Shown here piece by piece: positions 36,467 through 48,996 of a stretch of DNA of 64,000 nucleotides. Location: contig NC_069115.1 of the NCBI RefSeq assembly GCF_025612915.1, positions 25,727,757 to 25,791,756 on the forward strand. Reading direction: 5' to 3'. Within the stretch, counting starts at the first letter, position 1; each line of letters starts with the position of its first letter. The position numbers and the translations under genes were made by a program. The DNA is from Crassostrea angulata. Taxonomy: Eukaryota. The notes below the pieces were generated by a model. It did not search any database, was not told the DNA's origin, and worked only from the letters and a program-made list of their open reading frames with translations.

Positions 36467-39115
36467 GGGCCCTGCAAGGATTTGCGGGTGCCCTATAGTA
36501 ATCACTCTGTCCGTCCATCCTTCTGTCCGTCCGTCTGTCACTCTTCCGTCCACAAATTTTTTGTTTTTTTCTAATAACTTTTTTATGGTTGCCCAATCAA
36601 GTCCAAATTTGGTATGGTAGTTCAGTAGGCAGAAATGCATATTTTGATGCTAAGTTTGGTTCTCTATGTCTTCTGGTTTGGAGCTGGGGTGGTGGGGTAG
36701 ATTCCTTAACTATACATAAGAATGAATGGGCAAGAGAGATAACTGCTGATAATGTTACCATTGTATACTAGGAAGGTTGTGCAATATTTGTCCTTTGGGA
36801 TTAATGAACCTTCCACAGGAAGAAAATCCTAAGCTTTATCTTTATCTGTCACATTGAGATTAATTACTGCACTGCCTGTGTCTGCAAATGAACTTTGTTT
36901 TGAAGTTAAGGTCAATTTTGAATGATGTGTAGTATTGTGTACATTCTTTGAAATATGGATTTAAAATATAATATTCATACTTTATTTTGGTTAAAATACC
37001 GTACACAATGATTTATGATAATTTTATTGAATTCTAAAATCAAGATATATATTAAGATATCCTTTTTCACTATTTTATTTTTAATTATAATTTATTTCAT
37101 TTTTTTCTGCCTTAATGCTGTTAATTTTAACAGGTAATCAGATAATAACCCCATTCTGTCATTTCTGAAAAAACAAATCTTATTGTAAATTTAGAAGAAA
37201 AGGATGAGAGAGCAGAACAATTAACCCCCTGAGATTAATTATCTTGCCTGCTGCAGAAAATTTAGAGGCTTATCTCTATCTGTCATATGAAGATTAATGA
37301 ACACCTTTGTCTGCAACTGATGTTTGTTTTGAAGTTGAGGTCAACCCTGGGTGATACAATGTATTTGCATTCACTGAAGGCTTGCATTTTGTAAAACATC
37401 TGTTTAAATCTTTTTTAACGAGGCCGAGTACAGAACGAGTACGCACGCTTTCGCGCAGCGTTTCATTTGTATTGTGACGTCATCTTTTTGCTTTGTTGAC
37501 GCCATGGCGTGATGGTTTCAACTGCAGATATTCAGCGAAATTTATTGAAAATAGCTCGTTTGATGCGTAAAATTGATATTATATTGTGGAATAAACATAA
37601 ATGTCTCAAAGTATAAGCTATATTTGGGCTCGGGTCGAAAAACGTGAAGAGGGTTCAGCAAGCCTAGCCCTCTGTCACGTTTTCTTAACCCACCTAAATA
37701 TAGCTTAAATCATATATTTCAAGACAGTAGCCATGTATTTTATATTAATGACCTTTAATGTGTGATGTTATATATTTATTTATTACTAAAATATGTCTGA
37801 ATGTTTTAATAATATTTTAAAGATCACCATTTTCATCTTTGTCAAATAAAAAATAGCCATTATCTGAAAAACTGGTAAATTGGGCATACAAAAAACAACT
37901 TTGATAAGACCCCTGGAACAAACCAGGAGGTAAAAGGATTTTTTTATTTCACCATTTGATGCCTTTTAGCAATGACTTTAATATGTAGAATAGAAAAAGA
38001 AATCCCTAGGGCAGAAGTTTAAGAAAATTGTTAAAAATGTGCAAAATTGATACATTTCAAGCAAAATCCCATATGGTCCTATGTTAAAAGTTAACAAACT
38101 TTGAGATGACCCCTTAAACAAACAGTGTGGTAAATGTCTTATTTTTTTATCTGAAAATAATAATTATAACAGTAGAAATTCATGTAAAAATTTTCGTTAA
38201 AAAAATCTAGGGCAGAAAAAATTAGACCCAGCCTCAGCCTCATTAAATACACATTTAATTTAGTTTTTATGCCCCCTTCGAAGCTTTGCTGCTGTCTGTC
38301 GGTCAGTCTGTCGGTCCACCAACAGTTTCCGCTCATTTTCTTTGCAGAGGATGAACATATTGATATCAAATTTGGTATATAGGTTTATCATGATAATATC
38401 TAAGTCAAGTTCGATATTGGGTACAATCGAGCAATTTTCGACAGAGTTATAGCCCTTGGACTTAGAAAAATTCTAGTTTTTTGCAGTTTCCGCTCATTTT
38501 CTTCGCAGAGGATGAACATATTTAAATGAAATTTGGTATATAGGTTTATCATGATAATATCTAGATCAAGTTCGATATTGGGTACCATCGAGCAATTTTC
38601 GACAGAGTTATGGCCGTTGGACGTAGAAAAATAACAGTTATTTGCAGTTTACGTTCATTTTCTTTGTGGATGTTTCCAAGGGAGGGGGGCATAAATGTTT
38701 CACAAACATCTCTTGTTTTTATAAGACATGAGGTTATCTCTGTTTTATGCAGATACATGGTGACTATTTAGAGTTTTTGGACATTCAGGAATTTTCTTGA
38801 AATTTTAAAAATACAGTTGTTACTTATAATTTTCATATTTTTTTTCAAATGTAATCAAATTAAACTTTCATTCCATGAGCTGCACCCTGTTATTTTTACC
38901 CCTCAGTTTAACACTTTAATTGTTTGATGAAAATCATATCCTGACTACAAATCATGAGATCCTATATATTGCAGTTCTTTACATCTTATGCCGGGCATTT
39001 ATTTTTCATCATTGTTAATGTAAAGAGGATGGAATTCAAATTGTTTTTCACTTCGGTATATTAATTGTCATAGCGGGGCTCTTCCTGATTGGTCAGTTTT
39101 CTAGTAATACAATGA
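36467..39115. repeat. Family X copy 2, interrupted (36467-37416 and 38715-39115) by a 1.3-kb composite insertion
   Basis: collinear with 10138-11391 except for 37417-38714. Confidence 0.8.
37417..38714. mobile_element. Composite insertion inside family X copy 2; its 3' part (38267-38694) is a TTATGCCCCC-TIR MITE with two ~155-bp tandem units
   Basis: absent from copy 1 between tgtttaaatctttt and tataagacatgaggttatc; MITE homologous to 17626-18033. Confidence 0.65.
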
Positions 39116-40204
39116 TATTTTCAAAGAAGTATACATGAATTAATTTCATTTAAAAGTTTACAATAAATACTGAGTAAATGCAAAAGAACTATAAGTTATT
39201 TCCCTTATATCAAAGTTTATACCAGAACTTGAGCATTAATGAGTTCACATACACATTTATAAATAATAATTATATGAGATATACAACTGATATAGAAACC
39301 TTCATATACATGTACTTTGATTCAATCAAAGCTTAATTTGATCATTAATTAATTGAAACTCAGTATATTGCTTTAAAATTACATTAAAAGTAAGAAACAG
39401 ATTAATTAATGGAAATTAAGGAATTAGTAAGAAAACCAAGGTCAACTTACAGACGATGTCCTGAAGTCTTTCGTGATTAATTAATGAAAATAGTCAGGAG
39501 GTCAAAATATCTCAACTGGCTTAAAAAACTATTGATCTATTACTGACCAGCACAAAGAACTTCGCTGGAAAACCCTCTCAACCAATGAAAAACAAGGATC
39601 TATATCCTACCCTCAGGACTTATATAAATAAGTAAAATAAAAACCAAAAGTATTGTATGCTTTTATTAATTACGGAAAGTCAAAACATCACGGATATTCA
39701 AAAACGCAAATTGTAGAAATTATAAGTTGCATTTGATATTTAATCATTTAAATAAAAACAAATTAAAAATAGCACTCTACCACATAAAAACATCCTGGTT
39801 TGTTGCCATTTGTTGTTTTTGAATAAAGATGAAAATAATGGATGGGTCTTAATAAATTACAGTGATATGCCTGTCAATACACTGACTATAATAACTCCCT
39901 AACATATGTTACTAACAACATTTTTCATTCGAGTGTATTCATCAATCAAGTGAGTAAGGTTAAAAAGTCATGGGAGTTTACGCCAGGTAAACAACAGCCG
40001 TTTATGATTTGGAAGACCAAGACAAAATATAAAGAATTGAAAGTGTTTTATATCTTGCATAGGATTTTCTTATTTTTGGTAAAAATGGTACTCCATAAAG
40101 GTCAAAGATTAAGTGTATACAAAAATAAGTGTAAAAATCGAATACTTTCCAATATTTATTTTTTGTTATTCTACCGAGGGGCCATATGGTACAATTTCTT
40201 TTAA

Positions 40205-41160
40205 AGGGGCATGGTCACGATTTTGGTCAGAAATTATATTTTCGATTTAAATGTTTACAATGCTTCAGTAAGGCATTTTAAAAAGGCAACTAAAATTAGA
40301 GTGTCATTTGTTGAGTTATAAGCGAGTTACAGAGCTTACAATTCTTTTGTTTACATTTTGAAAGTTGAAGTGAAAATTCTAGTTTTAAACACAATATAAT
40401 GAATGTGTTAATCGTTAGGAACTGTTAATTCATGCTTAAAATGAATAAGAGGATAGACAAATCAGTTTAAAAAAGATTTTTACTGGTATATTGAACCTAT
40501 GTAAACAAAAACAGCCTGCCACGAGCCTTATTTACATGACGAAGAATTGCGAGCCCTGTATCTTGCCTAAAACTCAACGACTGGCACCCAAATTTCATTT
40601 GATCATTAGAAATGCATTCATAAAGCATTGTAAATAATAAAAACAGAAAAATAAAATTGTGACCATGCCCCTTTCAAGGGGCATGGTCACGATTTTGGTC
40701 AAAAATTATTTTTCCGATTTTAACATTTACAATGCTTCAGAAAGGCATTTTAAATAGGCAACCGGAATTTGAGTCTCATTTGTTGAGTTATAAGCAAGTT
40801 ACAGAGCTTGAAATTATTCGCTATGTAAACAAAGCGTTTGTTTACATTTTGAACGTTGAAGTAAAAATTTCAGTTTTAAGCCTAAAATGAATGTGTTAAA
40901 CGTTAGGAACTGTATATCTATGCTTAAAATAAATAAAAAGATGGACAAATACGCTGGAAAAAGATTTTTTACTGGTATATGGAATCTATGTAAACAAAAA
41001 CAGGGCACGAGCCTTGTTTACATGACAAAGAATTGTGAGCCCTGTATCTTGCTTATAACTCTACTAATGACTCTCAAATTTAATTTTATCATTAGAAATG
41101 CATTTCTAAAGCACTGTAAATAATCTAAATAAAATTTGACCAAAATCATGACCATGCCCC
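40205..41160. repeat. Two tandem ~477-bp MITE-like units, each with TIRs AGGGGCATGGTCACGATTTTGGTCA / TGACCAAAATCATGACCATGCCCCT
   Basis: 40205-40675 and 40676-41160 align throughout. Confidence 0.8.
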
Positions 41161-41599
41161 TATAAACGCCCATATAAAGTCATTGTTGCTCAGGTGAGTG
41201 ATGTGGCCCCATGGGCCTCTTGTTTTGATATTATCCACAATTTAACCACTTCCTGAATATTCTAATATGACAAGCGGCTAGCGCCAAGTTTTCCAGACTG
41301 CATATTACATGTACATGTATATCACTTGACGTACAGAAAACCTTGCCCATCAACAAGTAGAATAAGAACTTAAAATACATGCAAAATACAAATATGATTA
41401 ATAAAAGACAAGTAAATTCATACTTTCAGTCTTTTTTCTATAATACAATGGCAAATTGGCTGAAAGTTTGTTGAAACTCGGATGCACAGTAATAGATCGG
41501 CAAAAGCATTTCATTAATTTGATTTACCCAGTATGCAGTTTGTATATTGATTGAATAGAAACTTTTCAATACTTTTTAACTGGGTTTTCTGAAGAAAAA

Positions 41600-41858
41600 A
41601 ATCTGGTAATTAATTGAAATAGTGAAAATGGTGGAGGGCGGCTGCCAAAAGGGTACCCTTATTGTACAGATAAATCCTCCTACAATTTTAAAGATTAAAA
41701 AAAAAATCTTTTCAATTGTACTTAAATCAGAGGTGTGCATATTGCTAAGATTTTGTTTTCTGATCATTTATTTACAAAATACCAGCTGTTGAATGAGTCA
41801 ATTTTTGACAAAATATTGCATATAGGGTACCCCTATTGTACGGATAACTCCTCTTACA

Positions 41859-41860
<2 letters not shown>
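41600..41860. repeat. ~190-bp repeat family W (ggcggctgccaaaagggtaccct...gtacagataactcctcctacag...), also 58440-58870 and 59290-59580
   Basis: direct alignment among the three sites. Confidence 0.7.
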
Positions 41861-41863
<3 letters not shown>

Positions 41864-41906
<43 letters not shown>

Positions 41907-43150
41907 ATTTTGTCTGTCGTCCATCTGTCTGTCCGTCCGTCAGTCCATATGTCCATCTGTAAACTTTTCACATTTTCAGCATCTTCTCAAGAAATACTGG
42001 GCCAATTTCAACCAAACTTAGCACAGATCATCATTAGACAAAGGTGATTCAAAGTTATGAAAATTAAGGGCTAAGGGAAGACAATTAGAAATTAATAAAA
42101 ATTTTTGAGAAATATTCAAAAATCACCTTCTCAAGAACTATTAGTCCAGGAGAGCTGAAACTTGTGTGGGAGCATCCTCAGGTAGTGTAAATTAAAAGTT
42201 GTAAAAATCATGATCCCTGGGGGTAGGGTGTGGCCACAATGGGGGGGGGGGGGTCGACATTTTTCATAAGAATATATAGAGTAAATCTTTTAAAAATCTT
42301 TTTCTCAGAAACTAATCAGCAAGGAAAGCTAAAACTTGTGTGGAAGCATCCTCAGGTAGTATAGATTCGAAATTGTGAAAATCATGATCCCCAGGGGAAG
42401 GGTTGGGCCACAATTGGGGATCAGAAGTTTAACATAGGAATTATTGAAAGCCTATGTAAATGTCAACAATACGGTGTGTTGATGTATCTATTTCGTAAAT
42501 GTCTGTTACATATCCAATACCGTCCCCTGATCACCCATCATGATCCCATGATCCATGATCATGATCCATGATCCCATGAAAATCATGACTCCCATGGGTA
42601 GGGTTGGGATGGGAAGTTTAACATAGGAATATATAGAGTAGATCTTTCAAAATCTTCTTTTCAGAAACTAATTAGACTGGAAAGCTTAAACTTGTCTGGA
42701 GGCATCCTTAGGTAGTGTAGATTCAAAGTTGTGAAAAACATTACCTTTGGGGTAAGGATGGGGCCAAAATAGGTGGGAGGGTTAAAAATTTTACATGTGT
42801 AAATATGTAGGGTTAATCTTTAAAAATCTTCTTTTCAGAACCTAATCAGCCAGGAAAGCTTAAACTTGTGTGGAAGCATCCTTAGGTAGTGTAGATTCAA
42901 AGTTGTGAAAAACATGACCCCCTGGGGGAAGGGTGGGGCCACAATGGAGGGAGGGGGGAGAGGGGCAACAATAGGGGAGTTGAAGTTTTACATCTATACT
43001 ACTATTTTAAAATTAATAGACTCGAATTTTTGGGCTTTAATACCGAGAAATTGGAAGAATTCTGTCTTCTGTTTTATATATTTTATTAATAATATATTTT
43101 AAACATCATTGGTACTTGAAGATTACCAATTAGTTTTTATTTTTTCTCAA
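41864..43150. mobile_element. Satellite-carrying element (double-hairpin head, (GTCY)n, 165-bp array, tail 42960-43150)
   Basis: head identical in design to 25087-25250; tail reverse-matches 3540-3690. Confidence 0.6.
42100..42960. repeat. 165-bp satellite, ~5 units (one unit carries a catgatcc-rich variant at 42520-42590)
   Basis: same monomer as 25335-26483. Confidence 0.85.
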
Positions 43151-43224
43151 TCAATTCTGTAATTAATAGTCAATGAAAATTCCTTTAAAAAAGTCCGGAA
43201 ATCAGCTGGATTATTTGGATTTTT

Positions 43225-43825
43225 GGGAGTTAATTTTTATCAACTCTCCTATGCAGTCACTTGGACAAACCGAAAGTGAAACAGTGTTTGGACCTCAGCA
43301 CAAATCATTGCTCCTGACAAGACTTAGTTCTTGAAAATGATTGATGAATTCGATGTAATGTATGCTAAAGCATTGTTTTTCAAGGAAACTTATTTACAAA
43401 TACCTTAAAAATAGTCAGATTTTAAATGGTACGAACAATTTAAATATTTTTTGTAGTCGTATGTATTCCTACGCCAGAGTTCAATATAGTCTAATTTAAC
43501 TCGACGCTCGGCTGTCTCCGTAAACCCTTGTCGGAGATTTACGGTGTCAGCCGAGCGTTTGATTGAACGAGACTAGAGTTCAATATTGCTTGGATCCATA
43601 CAATTTTCGAGAAATATTTTTACCAGTGAAACATAGTTTGATTGAATTAATTTTATCTTTAAATATTATTTAACATGATTCATGTGGAGGTTTCTCGACA
43701 TTCTAGTCGAAAAAGTTCAAAAATTCATATTATAAAAATATGCGTAATTCAAATTAGAAACTACGTATACATGTACTTGTCATGCAAAATAACTTATCAA
43801 ATAAACATCGACAAAATCAACTCCC
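43225..43825 (+). mobile_element. Family Y element, copy 2
   Basis: gggagttaatttttatcaactctcctatgcag ... gacaaaatcaactccc. Confidence 0.6.
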
Positions 43826-44365
43826 GTCAGTTCTTCAGTACTTTGATTTACAATTTTGCGCATGCGCATCACATTCATGCTAATCACAGGGCCAGCCATT
43901 TTGATGTCTTCGAGAAAGACTGATTCTGGTTGGACCATCAGGAATATTAACTAATGAAATTGAGTTAAACATTTAATTCTATCACAATGGCTGGTCTGGT
44001 CAGAAGTTGATGTGGCTGCAGAATAAAAGTTCAGTTTGGAGAGTATTTAAGGAATTTTATTGGAATTTAAGGATGTAAGTAGCGTGTGTTTAATGTGAGA
44101 TTAGTGCGAATGTTTCTCGACTTGTTGCAATACTGCTGTTGTCATAGGCAATATCCCATCGTTAGCCCTGGACCGGTAAATGTTCGAGTAAAAATAAACT
44201 GGCGACTTCGAGAGAATAATGATGTGTATCTCCGCAATTTTAAGACCCATCAATTTGAAATTTGGCATAAGTGTATCTTAGACATTACTTTTCTGAAAAA
44301 TACATGCATATTGCAAGTGTTGTAAAAAATAATTGATTTATTAGGCTTTTGAAGCGAGCTGGTAG

Positions 44366-44380
<15 letters not shown>

Positions 44381-44402
<22 letters not shown>

Positions 44403-44510
44403 ATTCTGATCACATTTTGTCTGTCGTCCCTCTGTCCGTCTGTCTGTCTGTACGTCCGTCCGTCTGTCCGTCCGTAAACTTTTCACATTTTCTACATCTT
44501 CTTAAGAACT

Positions 44511-44542
<32 letters not shown>

Positions 44543-45190
44543 TCATATTTAGGCAAAGGGGATTCAAAGTTGTGAAAATTAAGGGCCACACCCGTTTTCA
44601 AGGGGAGATAATTAGAAATTAATGAAAAATTTCGAGAAATTTTCAAAAATCTTCTTCTCAAGAACCAGAAAGCCAGGAAAGCTGAAACTTGTGTGGAAGC
44701 ATCCTCAGGTAGTGTAGATTCAGAGTTGTGAAATTCATGACCCCCAGGGGTAGGGTGGGGCCACAATGGGGGGGGGGGTCGAAGTTTAACATAGGAATAT
44801 ATATATTAAATCTTTAAAATCTTCTTCTCAGAAACTAAACAGCCAGGAAAGCTGAAACTTGTGTGGAAGCATCCTCAGGTAGTGTAGATTCAAAGTTGTG
44901 AAAATCATGACCCCTGGGGGTAGGGTGGGGACACAATGGGGGGGGTCGAAGTTTTACATAGGAAAATATAGTTTAAATCTTTAGAAATCTTCTTCTCAGA
45001 AACTAATCAGCCAGGAAAGCTGAAACTTGTGTGGAAGCATCCTCAGGTAGTGTAGATTCAAAGATGTGAAAATCATGATCCCCGGGGGTAGGGTGAGGCC
45101 ACATTGGGGTGGGGTGTTAAAGTTTTACATAGGAATATAAAGAGTAAATCTTTAAAAATCTTCTTCTCAGAAACTAATCAGCAAGATGAT
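44381..45190. mobile_element. Satellite-carrying element: head 44381-44560 and 165-bp array (~3.5 units, 44600-45190)
   Basis: same head and monomer as 25085-26640. Confidence 0.6.
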
Positions 45191-47204
45191 TCTTTATAAT
45201 TGTTAAGACTTTGGCTCCAGGACAATTCTTCGGCCTCACAAGAAGATTCTGAGTTTGATGTAGCTAAATATCCCATATATAAACATTTGTAAAGGATCTT
45301 TTTGAGAACTGCAATACTCAACATGTGATATGACTATAAAATTGAAGCAGGCAGCTATTTTTTCAGTATTACTGTATTGAGTTATTGCCCTTGATTTATT
45401 GATTCTTGATTATTTTTAATTAATGCATCCACTGTTAACCAATTATTGTGATGATTATTTCTATACAATAATAAATATTCAATGTATAATATAAGTTGTT
45501 CTGCATAAGTAGTTTTGGGTTAGGCCGGATATGTTTGTTTATCTTTGATTTCCAATTTATAGATACTATGAATTATTTTAGGCCTGCACATAAATAGGGA
45601 CAATGTCTATTGCATTTCGTTGAGCGACTGTTTGGGTTTAACCTTGAACAGGTATGGATAGATTGAGTGTGTGGACATCCTTGCTCTATCTAATCCTCGT
45701 GTTTTCTAACCTATGATACAGAGTGTGCAGTCATTCCTGCCCTGTCTCGCATTAATGTAGTCCATCCATAACTATTATATTTCATATCTAATAGATTGCA
45801 AGTTTGATCACTAAAATCTTAGTGTGATTATAAGGGGTTTATTAAAAAATAAAGTTTCACCTTTGAAATCTTTAAAAAAATTAATTTTAATAAATTTATC
45901 ATATGTTGAAGTTAACATTGAAGTCTATGGGAAAAATGCATTTTTAAATATATTTCTTTAGTACAAGTAATTTTCTCACATTTCTCTTGGTAAAAAGTTG
46001 CAAAAGCTTTCTCCGTATTCAAATATGCGAAAATGATTCATAGTTTACCATACATATTTTCAGAAAATGATTTTATCAATTTTCCTAAAGGGCAGACAAC
46101 TCTGTAAAAAAGTTTTAAGTGCACAAAGTTCATTTAATTGACTACATACATACACCCAAGTTTGGTCTATGTCAGACTTATAATAGCTTTAAAATATGTA
46201 TTTGATGTAGTATAGGTCAATCAAAATTGTTAAATTCACCTTAGTTATGGATGGACTACTTAATACAAGTGTGCGGTCATACCTGCTTGTATTGGTGGTG
46301 GTTGCGGCGGAGCACTAGTGTATGGTCATCCCTGCTGGTGTTCTGGCCTCTCTAGCGCAAGTGTGCGGTACTCCCTGCTTGCATTAGGTTGAGCTGTTGG
46401 CGCAAGTGTGTGGTCATCCCTGCTTGCGTTATCCCTGCTTGCGTTAACGTTGGTACCTGTTCAGTTGCGTAGGTGTGCGGTCATTCCTGCCTGCGTAACG
46501 TTGAGTCCCTATATATGTGCAGGAGCAGTGATTAAAGTCTGCTCTTGTAAATAATGGCAGCAATTAGGGCTATCCGAGTTCCAAGGGGGAAAAGTGGATT
46601 TTATTTATACAGGATCTACATGTATTATTGTACATTGTCCAGATTGCTTGTATTATGACTCCATTAACCCTTAGGCTGCTGCATTAATTTTCGCCAAGAT
46701 GGCCGCCACTGCTGAATTAATTATTGATAATTAATGATAATTGACCATTGATTTTTAAAATAATGTATCTCAGTAACTATTAATGCTACAGGTACCAAAC
46801 TTATATTAAAATGTAAGAGAAAATGTTGAAGATTTCAATTCAATGCTCCTTTTCCTCATAATATTTGTAATTATCAATCCAGGTAAGTTCAAAGGTGAAA
46901 ATTAATTAAAATTTTATGCAATCTATAATTCCATTCATATAATCTCTTTTACTTTCATATTTCAGTCCCCAAATGACTGTGAAAGCTTCTCCTTATATTA
47001 ATAAGTCATACATTGTTGGATTTTTTTTATTCAGATCATTTTTGAACGACAGGTAAACAATACAATTCACAGGTAAAATAACAAAAAATAAAGAAATTAT
47101 CCATACATTTTGCCATTGTTTATCATTGATTGTCCATGAAAAGTTTGTCACATGTAACAAAGTTTTACAGATAGTTTTGCACAGAGTTTCACACACAGTT
47201 TTCA

Positions 47205-47384
47205 ATCACTATCGGAGTCACTACCTGCGCCAGGTAATAACACGGCTCGGTAATTCTGCATGGAATGATACACACGGAAACAGTCAGGAACACAGAGCAC
47301 TTTTTCACAGTCAGGACACCAGAAAGAAGTCTGCTTTCTCTTGAAGCCCTGTCTGGCAGTTTTCTTTGGATTACAGGCATAACA
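47205..47384 (-). other. Cysteine-rich C-terminal domain of the transposase, encoded in a different frame (…RQCYACNPKKTARQGFKRKQTSFWCPDCEKVLCVPDCFRVYHSMQNY…)
   Basis: C-x2-C…C-x2-C…C-x3-C…YH pattern typical of piggyBac CRDs; in frame only if ~10 nt are removed at the tandem duplication 47383-47409. Confidence 0.7.
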
Positions 47385-48996
47385 TTGCCTGGCTTTGCAT
47401 TGGCTTTGCTGGTATGTTCTCTGGGAAATGACGTTCCATTAGACGGGCAGCTTTGTCACCGGTGTGTTTTCGTCCTCTGGATTTGTTTGGTTTTGGAGCG
47501 TCAGGGGCTTCTTCAATCAGTGACCTAGCTAAGGCAATCTTAAAGTCATGGCTGTTGAGTTTCTTCTCACTAAACTTCTTGTACAAGAGGTACGAGTTCA
47601 CAATGCACAGGTTGAACAGGTGAAAAAACAGTTTCTTGTACCATTTGGTGGTCTTCCGAAGGCAGGAATCATACTGGTTGATCTGGTCAGATAAGTCAAC
47701 ACCTCCCATCTTTGAAACATAGTCCACAATACAGGCTGGTTTTGCAACAAACTCGTTGTTTCTGTCCCTCTTGCTCAAAACTGCCATGGTGGCCTCATGA
47801 ATGGTGGATAGCATGTGGACATCCCGCTTGTCGTGGTACTTCACTGCTAACAGCTGGGACTCCTCGTTCCTCCTGAAGATTACTTGAGATGTTTGTAGTT
47901 TCTGTTTCATCTTTATGGCTTCTGGGACACCCTTCCTGTTTTTCCTCAATGTTCCACAGGCATAGGTGTTGTGGACTCTCAACTCCTCGAATAACTCCGG
48001 AGATGTATAGTAATTGTCCATATACACATGATGTCCCTTGTCCAGTAGTCCACATCTGGTAAGAAGTCCAACCACAGTCCTTGTTGTGACAGTTTTCTCT
48101 TCTCCAATTCCAATAGCTTCAGCATACTGGGTACAGGGGGTGCTTCCCGTGTAGATGTCGAATCCAAGACAGTAGCCGGACTTGGCCTCACAAACTTGGT
48201 ACAGCTTGATTCCGAATTTGGTGGGCTTTGCTGGGTTGTACACACGAAATCTCAAACGTCCTTTCCATGCACAAGTGGCTTCATCAAAACTCAAGTCTTT
48301 ATCAGGGGAATAAACATCACTAAAGGCTGTCATAACGTTGTTTATGAAGGGCCTGACCTTGTATAAGGCATCAAAACCATCTTGTCCTCTGGGAATTTGC
48401 TGCTCGTTGTCCGTGATGTGGAAATTACTCATGATTGACAAGAATCGGTCCCTGGACATCGTGTTCCGAAAGAATGGGGTGTCCTGCACTTCATCTGTTG
48501 ACCAATAGTCTTGAACATCACTTTTCTGCACAAGTCCCATGCTAATAATGATGGCGAGAAACACTTTCATCTCTGCGAGGTTCACGGGACGCCATTGTTT
48601 CAAGCGACTGTTCCTGCTAACATTCTCGGACTGCGAGCGTCTTTCGGCGTAGATGTTGGTTTGCTGAACGAGAATTTCCATGAACTCATCACTTACAAAC
48701 AGTTTGAGAAACGATAGAGGTTCGTCATTCTCCATTTCAACGTTTAGTTTTTCTTCTCTGGTGAATGGGGCAATCAATGGCGCAGAGTCTGTACGCGACC
48801 AGCCTTCCTCGAGATCGGCGTCATTATCCCGGTCATTCCCAGGCACAAAGTCCGACATAGGAACATAAGTCAACACATTAATGTCTCCAAAGTCAAGCAC
48901 TGCGGGATTAAATCCATCAAAATCATCTTCGTCCTCACTATCACAGTTAAAAAAGTTCAAAACTTCTTCCTCATCGCTCCAGTCAACATTCGCCAT
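47371..48996 (-). CDS. piggyBac-family (DDE_Tnp_1_7-type) transposase, 541 codons; catalytic core complete, C-terminal CRD out of frame
   Basis: family hallmarks KPTKFGIKLYQVCEAKSGYCLGFDIYTG, GTLRKNRKG, HHVYMDNYYTS, SKMGGVDLSDQ, KWYKKLFFHLFNLCIVNSY, RHFPENIP; acidic N-terminus. Confidence 0.85.
   Translation of the reverse strand: MANVDWSDEEEVLNFFNCDSEDEDDFDGFNPAVLDFGDINVLTYVPMSDFVPGNDRDNDADLEEGWSRTDSAPLIAPFTREEKLNVEMENDEPLSFLKLFVSDEFMEILVQQTNIYAERRSQSENVSRNSRLKQWRPVNLAEMKVFLAIIISMGLVQKSDVQDYWSTDEVQDTPFFRNTMSRDRFLSIMSNFHITDNEQQIPRGQDGFDALYKVRPFINNVMTAFSDVYSPDKDLSFDEATCAWKGRLRFRVYNPAKPTKFGIKLYQVCEAKSGYCLGFDIYTGSTPCTQYAEAIGIGEEKTVTTRTVVGLLTRCGLLDKGHHVYMDNYYTSPELFEELRVHNTYACGTLRKNRKGVPEAIKMKQKLQTSQVIFRRNEESQLLAVKYHDKRDVHMLSTIHEATMAVLSKRDRNNEFVAKPACIVDYVSKMGGVDLSDQINQYDSCLRKTTKWYKKLFFHLFNLCIVNSYLLYKKFSEKKLNSHDFKIALARSLIEEAPDAPKPNKSRGRKHTGDKAARLMERHFPENIPAKPMQSQAMLCL

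Noticed and set aside
40887-41123. 78-aa ORF
   Set aside because: Inside the tandem MITE pair 40205-41160; the same frame is broken in the sister copy.
47189-47380. 63-aa ORF MPVIQRKLPDRAS… downstream of the transposase stop
   Set aside because: Wrong frame of the CRD region; the CRD is encoded in the third frame (see feature 47205-47384).
47795-48868. Short ORFs 47795-48055 (-), 47979-48245 (-), 48511-48717 (+), 48680-48868 (+)
   Set aside because: Alternative-frame and antisense ORFs entirely inside the piggyBac transposase CDS.
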